A stretch of 64,000 nt of DNA from Candidatus Parvarchaeum sp. (GTDB lineage Archaea; Nanobdellota; Nanobdellia; Parvarchaeales; Parvarchaeaceae). Every line of letters starts with the position of its first letter. Position 1 is the stretch's first letter. A model generated the notes under the pieces. The model saw only the letters and a program-made list of their open reading frames with translations, was not told the DNA's origin and made no database searches. The stretch covers positions 1 to 64,000 of the forward strand of contig JBMFWF010000001.1 of the NCBI GenBank assembly GCA_049965555.1. Direction: 5' to 3'. Positions 36,880-47,394 of this stretch are shown in pieces. A program made the position numbers and the translations under genes.

Positions 36880-37803
36880 TTAATCGTCTATCTTAAACCT
36901 TTCCTTAAGGTTTAAGACCCTGTAAAGCTCTTTGTACCTGTTTCTTATCGTGACTTCAGTTATTCCTGCAGCTTTTGCAGCATCTCTTTGTGTCTTCTTC
37001 TCTTTGTTTATCAAAGTTGCAACATAAAGCACTGCCGCTGCTATGCCCATCGGGCCCTTTCCACTGGTAAGTCCTTTTTCCTCTGCCTCTTTAAGCAGTT
37101 TCACTGCATCTGAAACAGTCTTATTCGAAACTCCTAATTCAGAAGCGAATTTATAGATGTAATCACTTGGCGATGTTGGAAGTATTTTTATACCAAGCTC
37201 CCTGCAAAGCAGCCTGTAGGCCTTTCCGACTTCTTTTCTTTCAACTTCAAACGTATCTGAAATCTCATCCAATGTAATAGGCCTGTTGTGTTTCCTTGCA
37301 GCAGCGTAAAGAGCACCCGCAATGACGCTTTCCATTGACCTGCCCCTTACTAATCTCCTTGTTATAGCCTCTCTGTACATTTTAGCCGCTTCTTCTTGTA
37401 TTATATTTGAAACATGTAAACGATTACTTGCATGCCTTAACTCCGTAAGTGCAAACTTTAAATTCCTTTCATAAGCAGTGGATATCCTTGGCTGCCATTT
37501 TCTTAATTTATAGAATGTTCTTCTGTTAGCATTTGAAAGCTTTATAGATTCGCTTGCCTTTCCTATAACAGTGCTTGTGCCCTTGTCATATTTTGCATAG
37601 CTTAATGGAGAACCCATTCTTCCTTTTCCTTCATCTCTCTCGTCTTCGAAAGAACGCCATTCTCTGCCATAGTCTATGGTATCGCTCTCTATTACATATC
37701 CACAGTTCTGGCAGACTAACTCTCCAGTTGTTTTATCGTAGATAACTTCATCACTTCCACAGGAAGGACATTTAACATTGTATTTGCTTGTAACGACTTT
37801 CAT
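36880..37803 (-). CDS. tfb: transcription initiation factor B
   Basis: CPSCG..CQNCG zinc ribbon, EWRSF, RGRS.E, VTIRNRYKEL. Confidence 0.97.
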   Translation of the reverse strand: MKVVTSKYNVKCPSCGSDEVIYDKTTGELVCQNCGYVIESDTIDYGREWRSFEDERDEGKGRMGSPLSYAKYDKGTSTVIGKASESIKLSNANRRTFYKLRKWQPRISTAYERNLKFALTELRHASNRLHVSNIIQEEAAKMYREAITRRLVRGRSMESVIAGALYAAARKHNRPITLDEISDTFEVERKEVGKAYRLLCRELGIKILPTSPSDYIYKFASELGVSNKTVSDAVKLLKEAEEKGLTSGKGPMGIAAAVLYVATLINKEKKTQRDAAKAAGITEVTIRNRYKELYRVLNLKERFKIDD

Positions 37804-37918
37804 AAGATTTATATAGTATGATACTAGCTAGTATTTAAAGCTTTCGTTTTATGCTATTTTATCAGCTTATTGTTCAAATCTTTTATTTTTAAATACCTTA
37901 AACGGAGCATTTATATTA

Positions 37919-39625
37919 TTAAGAAACACTGCCAAAAGAAACCGATGGCATAACTCCGTTTGGAGGAGCTGATGGTGAGTAATACGTAACAGGATTATTG
38001 CTCCACAAAGCTGTATAAGCGCCCCCTCCATCTTCATAGTAATCTAGCTCTAGTCTTACTGAGCCAACAGTAGAGATAGTTCCTGAGTAAGTAGTGAAAC
38101 CTTGAGTATGCCAAGCAGAAATTACATTATCTGGAACTGTCGTGCCACCTAGCCAATAAGCACCATTAGAGCTAGAAGCGGAAGTAGAATAACTTAGAGC
38201 AATACCATCGTCAGTTCCTTCGTAGAAGGTTGTAGAGGAATTAATTATTGCCCAGCCTATTGCTTTTATAATCCAGCTATAGTCATTTTCACTTACTCCT
38301 GCAGAATCTGGATTAGAAATAGGAGGATTTGGATATGGAGCTCCACCTGAATAACCATATTGATAGTTCATAACTACATAATTCTCTGTAGTGCCATCAA
38401 CGTTTTGAGAAGTTCCTTCTGCTGGAGTGTAGAAGGGATTTGTTGAAGAAGTAAAGGTTGCACAAGATTGAATGCTTACACCATTATTCAAAGTAGCAGC
38501 GTATACATTGTTTTGGTACCCATTAGAATCGCAAGTTGAGGTTGGATAAACGTAAATTTGGTATTCTAATCCTGGATTCATTACACTAGCTATATCATTA
38601 TATTCATAATAAGTAGGACTTAGCTGAGGCGCCTCCCCTGTGTTTACTGTGTTTAAAACATTACTGCTTTCTGGGAAAAAATCCATATAAACAGTTGTGG
38701 ATGTAAAACTGCCTAATTTAAGCCAATATGCAACTATCTGTGTGCTTGATGTGCCATTTTCCCTCCAACTTGGGATTACTGTCCCATTAGGGTATAAAAA
38801 TTCTATATTTTGGAGATTCGAAGCCGCATAAGAGCTGTAATCATTCATGTTTACTGTAACTTCTTGTTGAAATGGATTTGAAGTAGCAGAAGAAGATGTT
38901 ATAGTTAGTGGGACATAAGCTACTGGTTGCTGAGAAGAAACGCATTGAGATGCATAATCCCCTGAGTTTGAGGGAGTAACCTCGATAACGTACTCTGAAT
39001 GGTAAGCAGAAGCTACAACGCTTCCAGAAGCCGTACTTGGTGATGACGAAGAAGTTGAGCTAATTGAACTTCCAAGGTAAACTCCATTCGTTGAAAAAAC
39101 GCTGATATTAAATGTAACTGGAGAATTCGTAGGCAGAAATGAAGAATTATAAAATTCTAAATTGTATGATATTGTGGTACCCGAAGCTGTATATGATTGA
39201 GAAATATAAGAAATAGCGAATCTCAAACCTAAAATAGCACTGCCGTTAACTGTCTTTACAAATGCATCAAAAGTTCCTCCCGACAAAGGCAGCATTCCTG
39301 ATACATTTTCTGCTGGTTTTGACACGCCCAGTTCAGTAGTAGTTTGTAACTTTATTATATTTCCACAAAAGAAAGAGTATTGTGGTTCAAGCAAAGGCAC
39401 AGTAATCGGAAAAGTCTGCATTGATCCTGGGCCCTGGGAAGCCACATAATTAACTTCATTTGCAAGGTTGTTTGCAGCGGTGGTTATCTGGCTGGCGGAA
39501 GAGCTTAAAGCAAATGAACCGTAAAAAAGCATTACATATACTACAAATGCAGCAATAATGCTTATGCCAATACCTATTACTATTACATATTCTGCTGAGT
39601 ACTGGCCTTTTTTAAGATACGACAT
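37919..39625 (-). CDS. pilin-like surface protein with DUF2341-like domain
   Basis: KKG|QYSAEY leader; PFQQ.V, NIEF...NG..IPSW.E, YWLKL, GEAPQLS..Y.EYND. Confidence 0.72.
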   Translation of the reverse strand: MSYLKKGQYSAEYVIVIGIGISIIAAFVVYVMLFYGSFALSSSASQITTAANNLANEVNYVASQGPGSMQTFPITVPLLEPQYSFFCGNIIKLQTTTELGVSKPAENVSGMLPLSGGTFDAFVKTVNGSAILGLRFAISYISQSYTASGTTISYNLEFYNSSFLPTNSPVTFNISVFSTNGVYLGSSISSTSSSSPSTASGSVVASAYHSEYVIEVTPSNSGDYASQCVSSQQPVAYVPLTITSSSATSNPFQQEVTVNMNDYSSYAASNLQNIEFLYPNGTVIPSWRENGTSSTQIVAYWLKLGSFTSTTVYMDFFPESSNVLNTVNTGEAPQLSPTYYEYNDIASVMNPGLEYQIYVYPTSTCDSNGYQNNVYAATLNNGVSIQSCATFTSSTNPFYTPAEGTSQNVDGTTENYVVMNYQYGYSGGAPYPNPPISNPDSAGVSENDYSWIIKAIGWAIINSSTTFYEGTDDGIALSYSTSASSSNGAYWLGGTTVPDNVISAWHTQGFTTYSGTISTVGSVRLELDYYEDGGGAYTALWSNNPVTYYSPSAPPNGVMPSVSFGSVS

Positions 39626-39662
39626 AAATATTAATATTTGTCATTTAAGTATTAAATATTGA

Positions 39663-40811
39663 ATGGTATCTGACAATAAAATAAAAATAGCAATATTTGT
39701 CCCTTGGATAAAAAGCAAGGGAGGGGTTGAAAGGGCGATTCTAAAAGTTTTGGAGGACAAAAAATACGAAAGTGATGTTTTTACTTTTTTTTATGACAAA
39801 GAAAATACATTCGATGACTTCAAAAAATACAATGTTAAGGTACTTGGAAATGCGGATCCAGAAGGCTTCCTAAAAAGGGGATTTAACCTTTTCAAAGCGC
39901 TAATACTTACAAAGATACCTAACTTAGAAGATTATGACATCTTCATGATTTCAACTGCGGGGATAGCTGAATTCATAACATTTAGAAATAGGCATAATAA
40001 AACGGTTGCAATGTGCCATACCCCTTTAAGGGTTGCACACACGATGTATAGTTATTACAGAATGCAAAACTTGAAAAATAAGATCTCTTTACCGATTATA
40101 GTTTCATTCTATAAGCTCTTAGAAAAGGCTGCATGGAGAAGGATAGATTATGCGCTTGTTTTCAGCAATGAAGTTAAGGAAAGACTAGTCAACTATAAAC
40201 TGATGAACAAAGAAAGAATATTCAACCTTGGCCCGCATGTAAATTATTCCAAGATAAAAAAAGGAGGTAAAACTGAGAAAATAATCTTTTATCCTAGCAG
40301 GTTCATAAGATACAAAAGACAAGAACTTGCAATAAAAGCGTTCAATCTTTCTAATATGCCTAAAAAGGGCTTTAAATTGGTTTTAGGCGGCTTCGTAGAG
40401 GACAGGGAATACTTTGAAAGCTTGAAAAGACTTGAAAGCAAACATATAATAGTAAAGGAGAACCTGTCAGAAAAAGAACTTACAGACCTTTACAGGAAAT
40501 GTTATATAACATTATTCTTAGCAATAAACGAGGATACGGGACTTACTCCACTAGAATCACTTGCGTATGGAAAGCCAGTTATTTCAGTAAATGAAGGGGG
40601 CCCTAAAGAATTTATAAAAAATGAAGTGAATGGCCTGCTTGTAAATGCGGATGAAAGAAGCGTAGCTGATGCCCTTGACAAGGTACTTGATAAAAAGCTA
40701 TATGCAAAATTGGTAGATGGTGCAAAGAAATCAATAAGATACGATGAAAAAAGGTTTATGAAAAATCTGGAAAGCGCAATATCTTCAATCCTAGAAAAAG
40801 CTTATAAATAA
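39663..40811 (+). CDS. glycosyltransferase family 4
   Basis: GGVER, R...KRQ, EDTGLTPLES.A.GKPVI...GG..E. Confidence 0.9.
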   Translation: MVSDNKIKIAIFVPWIKSKGGVERAILKVLEDKKYESDVFTFFYDKENTFDDFKKYNVKVLGNADPEGFLKRGFNLFKALILTKIPNLEDYDIFMISTAGIAEFITFRNRHNKTVAMCHTPLRVAHTMYSYYRMQNLKNKISLPIIVSFYKLLEKAAWRRIDYALVFSNEVKERLVNYKLMNKERIFNLGPHVNYSKIKKGGKTEKIIFYPSRFIRYKRQELAIKAFNLSNMPKKGFKLVLGGFVEDREYFESLKRLESKHIIVKENLSEKELTDLYRKCYITLFLAINEDTGLTPLESLAYGKPVISVNEGGPKEFIKNEVNGLLVNADERSVADALDKVLDKKLYAKLVDGAKKSIRYDEKRFMKNLESAISSILEKAYK

Positions 40812-40829
40812 TACAAAGTAATACTTTGT

Positions 40830-41651
40830 ATGAAGAAAAGAATAACTATAACTATAAATGAAAAGACACTTGAAAAAATAGACAAAACAATTGACGGAAT
40901 AAATATACCAAACAGATCGATAGCAATAGAACGCTTAATAAAAGAGCATTTTGAACCAAATAAAAACAAAATGGCCCTTATATTGGCAGGTGGTTCAGGC
41001 ACTAGGCTAAGGCCACTTACATATGAAATACCCAAGCCAATGATGCCTGTCAATGGCAGGCCCATACTGGAACACATAATAGAGCAGCTTAAAAAAGCTG
41101 AGTTTATAGATATAATAATTTCAATAGGATACCTTGGCAGCAAGATCAAAGAATACTTTGGAGACGGCAGCAAATTCGGTGTGAGGATAAGGTATTCAGA
41201 GGAGACTACCCCGATGGGCACAGGGGGTGCAATAAAAAAGAACCAAAATATCTTTCATGATGATTTCATTGTTCTTAATGGAGATAACCTTTTTGATTTT
41301 GATCTAAACAAGATGTATGATTTCCACAAGAAAGACAAGGCTATGGCAACCATCGCATTGGTCTCGCAGGATGACGTTTCTCAATTTGGTGTGGTTGAAA
41401 TGGAAGGAAACAAAATAGTAAAATTTATAGAAAAGCCGAAAACAGAACAGGTGTCTCACCTAGTAAATGCAGGAATATATGTCATCAATCCAGCGTTTCT
41501 AAATTTCATACCGCAGGGAGAATCAAATATATCAAAAATATTTGAACAAGTGGCTGAAAAAAGGATAATCGATGGGTTTATTTATGCTGGTAAATGGTTG
41601 CCCTGTGATAGCATGGATCTGTATGAGAAAGCAATTAAGAACTGGCCTTAA
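40830..41651 (+). CDS. RHH domain fused to NDP-sugar pyrophosphorylase
   Basis: KKRITITI...NRS.AIE.LI then LAGG.GTRLRPLT..PKP, GTGG, NGD, EKP. Confidence 0.88.
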   Translation: MKKRITITINEKTLEKIDKTIDGINIPNRSIAIERLIKEHFEPNKNKMALILAGGSGTRLRPLTYEIPKPMMPVNGRPILEHIIEQLKKAEFIDIIISIGYLGSKIKEYFGDGSKFGVRIRYSEETTPMGTGGAIKKNQNIFHDDFIVLNGDNLFDFDLNKMYDFHKKDKAMATIALVSQDDVSQFGVVEMEGNKIVKFIEKPKTEQVSHLVNAGIYVINPAFLNFIPQGESNISKIFEQVAEKRIIDGFIYAGKWLPCDSMDLYEKAIKNWP

Positions 41652-43363
41652 ATCCCTTTTATTTTCCTAATCTCGGATAGTGCTTCCTTATAGTCATCTG
41701 TAAGTTCTGCAGATATGTCATCAAACTTCATTACGTCTGGCATGCTTATGTCAGTATAGAGGATATCACCGTCTATTATGCTCCTACCGTAAACAGCATC
41801 ATCTATGCTTATTGCAACCTTGTCTCCCTTTACTGCTTTGCTAAGCTTCATTTTATCAGATTCTATCTCCAAGATCTTGCCTATTCGTTCACCTTTTGAA
41901 TTTATAACCGGGTAATTAGGCCGTATCTCGCCTGCCAGCACTTCTACCCCAAAAACGCAGGGATTGGAACGGCGGAATATGTTCCCCTTTATAAAAACAA
42001 ATTTAGAAGGAAGTTTTAGTCTTTCCAGCTTTTTCTCAAGGTTCATGTTGTTTAGCTCCTTCTTAAACTCATTGTAGCTATCAAATAGGGTGTAGATAGA
42101 ATTCGCGCTTATGATCTTTACACTGTATTCTTCTGCTATGCTTTCTGTCTGCCTTGAGATGGGAACATTAAAGCACATCACTGCGCCGCCGTTTATACTT
42201 GCAGTCATTATGTCGGTCTTTGATGGTTCCCCTATCTTTGTTTTTCCTACTTCTATTCCAAATGAGTTTGCTATATTTTTAATCGCATCTATGCTTCCAA
42301 GAGAATCTGCACATACTACCAAGCCCTTTGTTTCATCGTTGTTTTGTCCAAAGTTTTCTGCATTTATATCCTCTATTATTTTCTTCTTCTCTTCTTCTGA
42401 TGAAAAGACTATTATCGATGTGCCGATCATTGCATTTGGCTCACGCAGAATAAGCCTTATTGGGGCAGTTGCCTCAATTGAAGAAAGGCTTTCGTACTTG
42501 CCAAAGTTCTCGCGGCTTTCTTCCAAGGGGATAAGACGCATAATACCCTTTATCTTGTTTTCAGCAGGCCCATCCATAGTTTGCACTATTACCGAATCCC
42601 CTACAGATATCTTTCCAGAATAGACAATTGCGTCGTATACCTTCCCTAATCCCTTTATGTTCTTTTCCTCCAGTATTGCTGCACTGTTAGATTCCTGCTT
42701 TTCAAGTTCCAAGTACCTTTGACTTAGACCTATTATCATTACTATGAGATCTTTTATCCCTATTCCATTGACAGATGACAAAGGGATAACTGCCACTTCT
42801 TTTGTAAAATCTTTAACTCTGTCATACCTCTCCGCCTGAAAACCGTAATTTGAAAAGTCAGATACAATGCCGTACACTTTCTCGTCAAGTTTCTGTGCAT
42901 AATCCTGATTCTGTTTTGATATGAAATCAAGGAAGGAGCTGTTCTCCATCTTGTAGAACCCTCTTATCGTATCTATCTTAGTAAGGGCTATCAAAAAAGG
43001 CGTCTTGTATGACTTCAGTATCTCAATTGATTCTATTGTCTGATTTTGTATGCCTTCTGTTATGTCTACTGTCAATATTGCTATATCCGCGATAGATGCT
43101 CCTCTTCTTCTTAATGTGACAAAGGCTTCGTGGCCTGGAGAGTCTATGAATATTATGCTTGGAACCTTTATGCTTATATTGAACTTAGAAAGAAGATCGC
43201 TTGCTATTTCTTTTATCCTATCAGTAGGTACTTCAGTTGAACCTATATTTTGAGTTAGACCGCCGCTTTCTTTATATGCGTTCATTGTATCCCTTATAGC
43301 ATCCATTATACTGGTTTTGCCTGCATCTACATGTCCTAAAAAAGCGCATATTGGTGATCTCAT
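41648..43363 (-). CDS. infB: translation initiation factor aIF5B/IF-2
   Basis: RSPIC..LGHVD.GKT, TQ.IG, D.PGHEAF..LR.RG, TKID. Confidence 0.96.
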   Translation of the reverse strand: MRSPICAFLGHVDAGKTSIMDAIRDTMNAYKESGGLTQNIGSTEVPTDRIKEIASDLLSKFNISIKVPSIIFIDSPGHEAFVTLRRRGASIADIAILTVDITEGIQNQTIESIEILKSYKTPFLIALTKIDTIRGFYKMENSSFLDFISKQNQDYAQKLDEKVYGIVSDFSNYGFQAERYDRVKDFTKEVAVIPLSSVNGIGIKDLIVMIIGLSQRYLELEKQESNSAAILEEKNIKGLGKVYDAIVYSGKISVGDSVIVQTMDGPAENKIKGIMRLIPLEESRENFGKYESLSSIEATAPIRLILREPNAMIGTSIIVFSSEEEKKKIIEDINAENFGQNNDETKGLVVCADSLGSIDAIKNIANSFGIEVGKTKIGEPSKTDIMTASINGGAVMCFNVPISRQTESIAEEYSVKIISANSIYTLFDSYNEFKKELNNMNLEKKLERLKLPSKFVFIKGNIFRRSNPCVFGVEVLAGEIRPNYPVINSKGERIGKILEIESDKMKLSKAVKGDKVAISIDDAVYGRSIIDGDILYTDISMPDVMKFDDISAELTDDYKEALSEIRKIKGI

Positions 43364-43493
43364 AGCTCAAACCTCTAGATAATGGTATTAAATATGTTGT
43401 TATCACTAATAAAGTTAACTAATTTTATGCTTTCTGTCACTAAACTCAGAAGTGTAATATAAGATATTTATATTATAACCGGTTAATAAAAAA

Positions 43494-44141
43494 ATGGAAG
43501 AGATGCTTATACTGCTTAAACCAGATGGAATGGTAAGAAGATATGCTGGTGCAAGGGCATTGAAAAATATATTAGATCTCGGAGTTGGTATAAAATTTTT
43601 CCAAGTATTAAAACCTAAGAAAGAATTCCTTGCAGACAGACATTATGGTGAACACAAAGGAAAATTCTTCTATAACAATTTGGTAAATTTCATGTCAGCG
43701 ACCGAACTAGCTGTGATAATAGCTAGCGGTGAGAATGTAGTCGATAATGTAAGAAATTTATTGGGAAAAACGATGTGCGAGAAAGCAGATCCATTATCAA
43801 TAAGGGGTAGATACGGAACAACGAAGGGGATTAACTTAGTTCATGCATCTGATAGCAAGGAGAGCGCTGAAAAAGAAGTCAAGCTCTGGAAAGAAATTAT
43901 AAACATTGAAGAGAAGGACTACAAAAAAGAGATGGAGGCCTATATAAAGGCGTATGAAAACTTCCCAATGATAGACTCAGTAAGATACAGAGAGATAAGT
44001 AAGGACTTAAGCGATGGGAAAATTTCAAAAGAAGAGGCTGAAAAAATAATAAACGAACTCTTAACTAAGGAAACTGATTTTGAGCAGGAAACAGTAAACA
44101 AACTTCCCGCTTTGATAACAGAGAACATTCTATTAGGTTGA
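43494..44141 (+). CDS. ndk: nucleoside diphosphate kinase with C-terminal extension
   Basis: LKPDG, HY..H.GK.F, SIRG.YG, NLVHASDS..SA..E. Confidence 0.92.
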   Translation: MEEMLILLKPDGMVRRYAGARALKNILDLGVGIKFFQVLKPKKEFLADRHYGEHKGKFFYNNLVNFMSATELAVIIASGENVVDNVRNLLGKTMCEKADPLSIRGRYGTTKGINLVHASDSKESAEKEVKLWKEIINIEEKDYKKEMEAYIKAYENFPMIDSVRYREISKDLSDGKISKEEAEKIINELLTKETDFEQETVNKLPALITENILLG

Positions 44142-44194
44142 TGAATTAAAATTTAAAGTATTAATATAAGTTTATTTCATCTAGCTTTTATATT

Positions 44195-45133
44195 ATGGCG
44201 GATGAAAAAATAGGCAAAGCCGTAATTCTAGCTGCCGGAAATGGCAGTCATCTTCGCCCATTTAGCAACTACATACCAAAGCCTTTTCTTCCTTATGCAG
44301 ACAAACCAATAATATATCACCATATTAAAAATCTGGCAGAAGCAGGCATAAAGGAAATTGTTATAGTAACTAGGAGAGATGAGGATAATAACGGATCCTT
44401 TAAGCTTCAAAATCAATACTTGAAAGACTTGAAAAAAGACCCTGAATTGAAGGGAATAAACTTAGAGATTGTGTATCAAGCAGAGGACCCTGTAACAAAA
44501 AAACCAAGAGGCACCGCTGACGCAATACTGGCTGCAGAAGAACAACTGAAAGGTCAGAACTACATAGTTCTATTAGGCGATTTAATAATAGAAAGCAACA
44601 ACGGAAATAATTACATAAAGGACATAATAAATCATTTCAATGGCAGACCAATGTTTTCTGCTGATAAAGTTAAGAGAGAAGATGCGAAGAAAGGAGGATT
44701 TGTAAGAGGCAAGAAACTTGATAATATACTTCTCGAGATGGATGAAGCAGTAGAAAAGCCAGATGATTACATTTTGGACACGGCAATAAACAATGATGGT
44801 AATTATAATGTAATGTGGGGAGGGACGTATATTTTAAATAAGGACAGCATTAAATACCTAAAAGAAGTTGAGAAAGGAAAAGACAATGAACTGAATATAA
44901 CGGATGCTATATCCCTTCAATGCAAAAAAGAAAATAAGAAAGCATACGGTTTCTTTATAGACGCAAAAACTTACAAATGTAGAGATTTTGGCAGAATAGA
45001 GCACTGGATAGAGAATAACCTTGAAGATAAAAACATAGAAAAATTCAAGGATTCGCTTAAATTTTACACAAAAGAATTCACAGATCTTGTATATAAATAT
45101 GTAAAAGAAAATTACAACTTGGACCTACTTTAA
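44195..45133 (+). CDS. sugar-1-phosphate nucleotidyltransferase (GalU/RmlA-like)
   Basis: AVILAAG.G..LRP....PKP, GTADA, LGD, VEKP, ELNITDAI. Confidence 0.85.
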   Translation: MADEKIGKAVILAAGNGSHLRPFSNYIPKPFLPYADKPIIYHHIKNLAEAGIKEIVIVTRRDEDNNGSFKLQNQYLKDLKKDPELKGINLEIVYQAEDPVTKKPRGTADAILAAEEQLKGQNYIVLLGDLIIESNNGNNYIKDIINHFNGRPMFSADKVKREDAKKGGFVRGKKLDNILLEMDEAVEKPDDYILDTAINNDGNYNVMWGGTYILNKDSIKYLKEVEKGKDNELNITDAISLQCKKENKKAYGFFIDAKTYKCRDFGRIEHWIENNLEDKNIEKFKDSLKFYTKEFTDLVYKYVKENYNLDLL

Positions 45134-46105
45134 AGCCCCTCTAAACATCTCGGCGTATTTCTCAGGGAACAATTGATTCGTATTAAAGCCTGCAAATTCT
45201 ACTGCCGCAAATGTGATGACTCTTGGGTATATCTCAACATGAAAATGAAAGTTGCTGTCTGACTTTAGTTCATGGAACAACAAATTGTATGAAAGCTTGC
45301 CAAAAAGAACTTCGTTTGTCTTTACAACCTTTGAAATAAGGTCTACAAAATCAGATTTTTCCTGATCTGATAGAAGACCAACATAGTTTACGTGTCTTTT
45401 CGGCATTATGACTGATTCGGAGCTCATCTTTGATCCAAATGGGGCAAAAGCTATAAAACTTTCATTTTCGGCTAGCAGCCTTTCTTTTTCATATTTAATA
45501 GCATGCTCATATAAGCACTCTTTATTTTTATCGTAAAATTCTCTTATCTTCTCTTGTTCTTCTTTAATTGTTTTTGGGATTTCCTCAAAGGCCATTATCT
45601 GGCTGTGGGCATGGGACAGACTTGCGCCGCTTCTTGGGCCTTCATTTTTGAATGTATACACGTATTTTATCCTATCTCTGGAGTATAATGCCTTTTCCCT
45701 CTCTATTACCGCATCTATCCAACGCAGATAATCCTCTTTCTGTAATTGCGAAAACCTTACATTATGAGTAGGTGTTTCAAATATGACCTCACAGTAGCCA
45801 AAAGCAGGTTCCTCTCTAAGAAAGCCATCCTCTGGAGTAAAATCAAATTTCGGAGAAAGCATTGGAAATTTGTTCTCGATTATCTTCAATTTCCAGGAAT
45901 GTTCATCTCCTCCTACAAGTTCTATCGTCTTGTTAAGACTTTCTTTTCCGTATTCAAAAGGACACCTGGAAACATCTGATTCCCACTTATCTTCCGAGAG
46001 ATTATAAAAATCAGCAGGCTTGTTGTTTCTTACACTGGAGAAAAGGATTTTTGTTCCTGTCCTATAATCAACTCTTATTTCATCTTCTCTAACTGTATTT
46101 TGCAT
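45125..46105 (-). CDS. galT: GalT family paralog 2
   Basis: CPFE.G.E, NKFP, FKNEG..SGASLSHAHSQ, FHFHVEIYPR. Confidence 0.88.
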   Translation of the reverse strand: MQNTVREDEIRVDYRTGTKILFSSVRNNKPADFYNLSEDKWESDVSRCPFEYGKESLNKTIELVGGDEHSWKLKIIENKFPMLSPKFDFTPEDGFLREEPAFGYCEVIFETPTHNVRFSQLQKEDYLRWIDAVIEREKALYSRDRIKYVYTFKNEGPRSGASLSHAHSQIMAFEEIPKTIKEEQEKIREFYDKNKECLYEHAIKYEKERLLAENESFIAFAPFGSKMSSESVIMPKRHVNYVGLLSDQEKSDFVDLISKVVKTNEVLFGKLSYNLLFHELKSDSNFHFHVEIYPRVITFAAVEFAGFNTNQLFPEKYAEMFRGALK

Positions 46106-46136
46106 AAAATAAGTAGTTGCTAAGAGATTATAAAAT

Positions 46137-47165
46137 TTACATTACTTTAGTCTTACCAACAACCCTCAGAAATCTTATAGGAAGATCCTTGTTTATAAGT
46201 ATCATTTTGTCGTTTTCATCAAAGCAAAAATTCTTATCTGCAATGAAATGAGCATTTAACTTGTTGTTTTCGCGCTTCACGCTGCTTAAGGTCACAACAA
46301 TGTTCTGCCAGTTCAATATTAGATTAAGCTTTACATCGTCTTTTATTTCCTGCTTGTATAATGGGCTTACATCGACAGTTAGCTCCCCTTCCTTGATATC
46401 CTTAAAGCTACCTTTCTTTCTTATTTCAACTCCCCTTGGCAGGTCCCAGGGCCACACTCCTTTTATCGCAACCCCTACTCTATCACCTGCTTCTGCTGAC
46501 TGCACATCTTCTTGGTTTATTTGAATGGAATTTATAGAGATCTCTTTTGTAAAAGGTGTTGGTGCAATAACTCCTTCTGAGTGTATGCCGATCTTTCCAG
46601 TTGGCATAGTCCCGACTGCAATCGACATGCCCTTTGACTCGAAGGCATGGTCTATCAATATTTTAAAAGGCTTCTGGATATTTTCTGGATCATAGGAAAA
46701 ACTTGAGACCTTTGCCCGTATATCAGCCATGCTTTGATCATTATTTATGTCCACTACCATTATCTCAAAGTTTTCCATCGAAGTTCCTTTTATTATGGCT
46801 GACAGCTGCTTCTCTAGCTTTTCTATGTCTGCGGCAGTAGAGATATCTGCCTTTGTTATGCATATTAAGCCTTGTTTTATGCCTATTGAACTTGCCATTA
46901 TTATCTGTTCTCCGACTTGAAGATTCACTCCGTTTTCAGGAGAAACACAGAATATTATCGCATCCGAGAGAGTTAGAACTGAAGCTAATGTAGTAGGGTT
47001 GTCCATGTCTCCAGGGGTATCTATTAAAGTAACATTCTTTCCACCATATTTGAAGAAAAAGAAAGAAACATCTTCCTCTGCGCCTTTCCTTTGCTGCAGC
47101 TTGTTTACAAGAGTTGACTTTCCGGACCTGTACGGACCTATAACACTTACTGTTAACGAATTCAT
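46137..47165 (-). CDS. SelB-like (SelBL) translational GTPase
   Basis: GPYRSGKST, DTPG, TKAD, IDHAF..KG, SIQ...D...A.AGDRVG.A; only 342 aa. Confidence 0.75.
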   Translation of the reverse strand: MNSLTVSVIGPYRSGKSTLVNKLQQRKGAEEDVSFFFFKYGGKNVTLIDTPGDMDNPTTLASVLTLSDAIIFCVSPENGVNLQVGEQIIMASSIGIKQGLICITKADISTAADIEKLEKQLSAIIKGTSMENFEIMVVDINNDQSMADIRAKVSSFSYDPENIQKPFKILIDHAFESKGMSIAVGTMPTGKIGIHSEGVIAPTPFTKEISINSIQINQEDVQSAEAGDRVGVAIKGVWPWDLPRGVEIRKKGSFKDIKEGELTVDVSPLYKQEIKDDVKLNLILNWQNIVVTLSSVKRENNKLNAHFIADKNFCFDENDKMILINKDLPIRFLRVVGKTKVM

Positions 47166-47394
47166 ATCTTTTGTATAAAGAATGGTAAATTTAAATAAGT
47201 TTCTATTATTATTGGATTATGCGATACAAAGTAGGTTATAAATCTGTATTGAGATGAATTCTTATTTTTATAGACATAACTAATTGGAGAGATGTTCTTT
47301 CGCCTCTTTAGTAGAAACGAAGCCAAAATAATTGATATGTCTCAACTCGTACTTATATATAAATTTTTGAGGACCGATAATTAATTTAATTAAA

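Noticed and set aside
46137-47165. True SelB indicating selenocysteine usage
   Set aside because: Too short, and no tRNA-Sec, SelD or in-frame UGA genes are seen in the window
47272-47342. Hammerhead ribozyme or archaeal SECIS
   Set aside because: No CUGANGA core, and no convincing SECIS geometry
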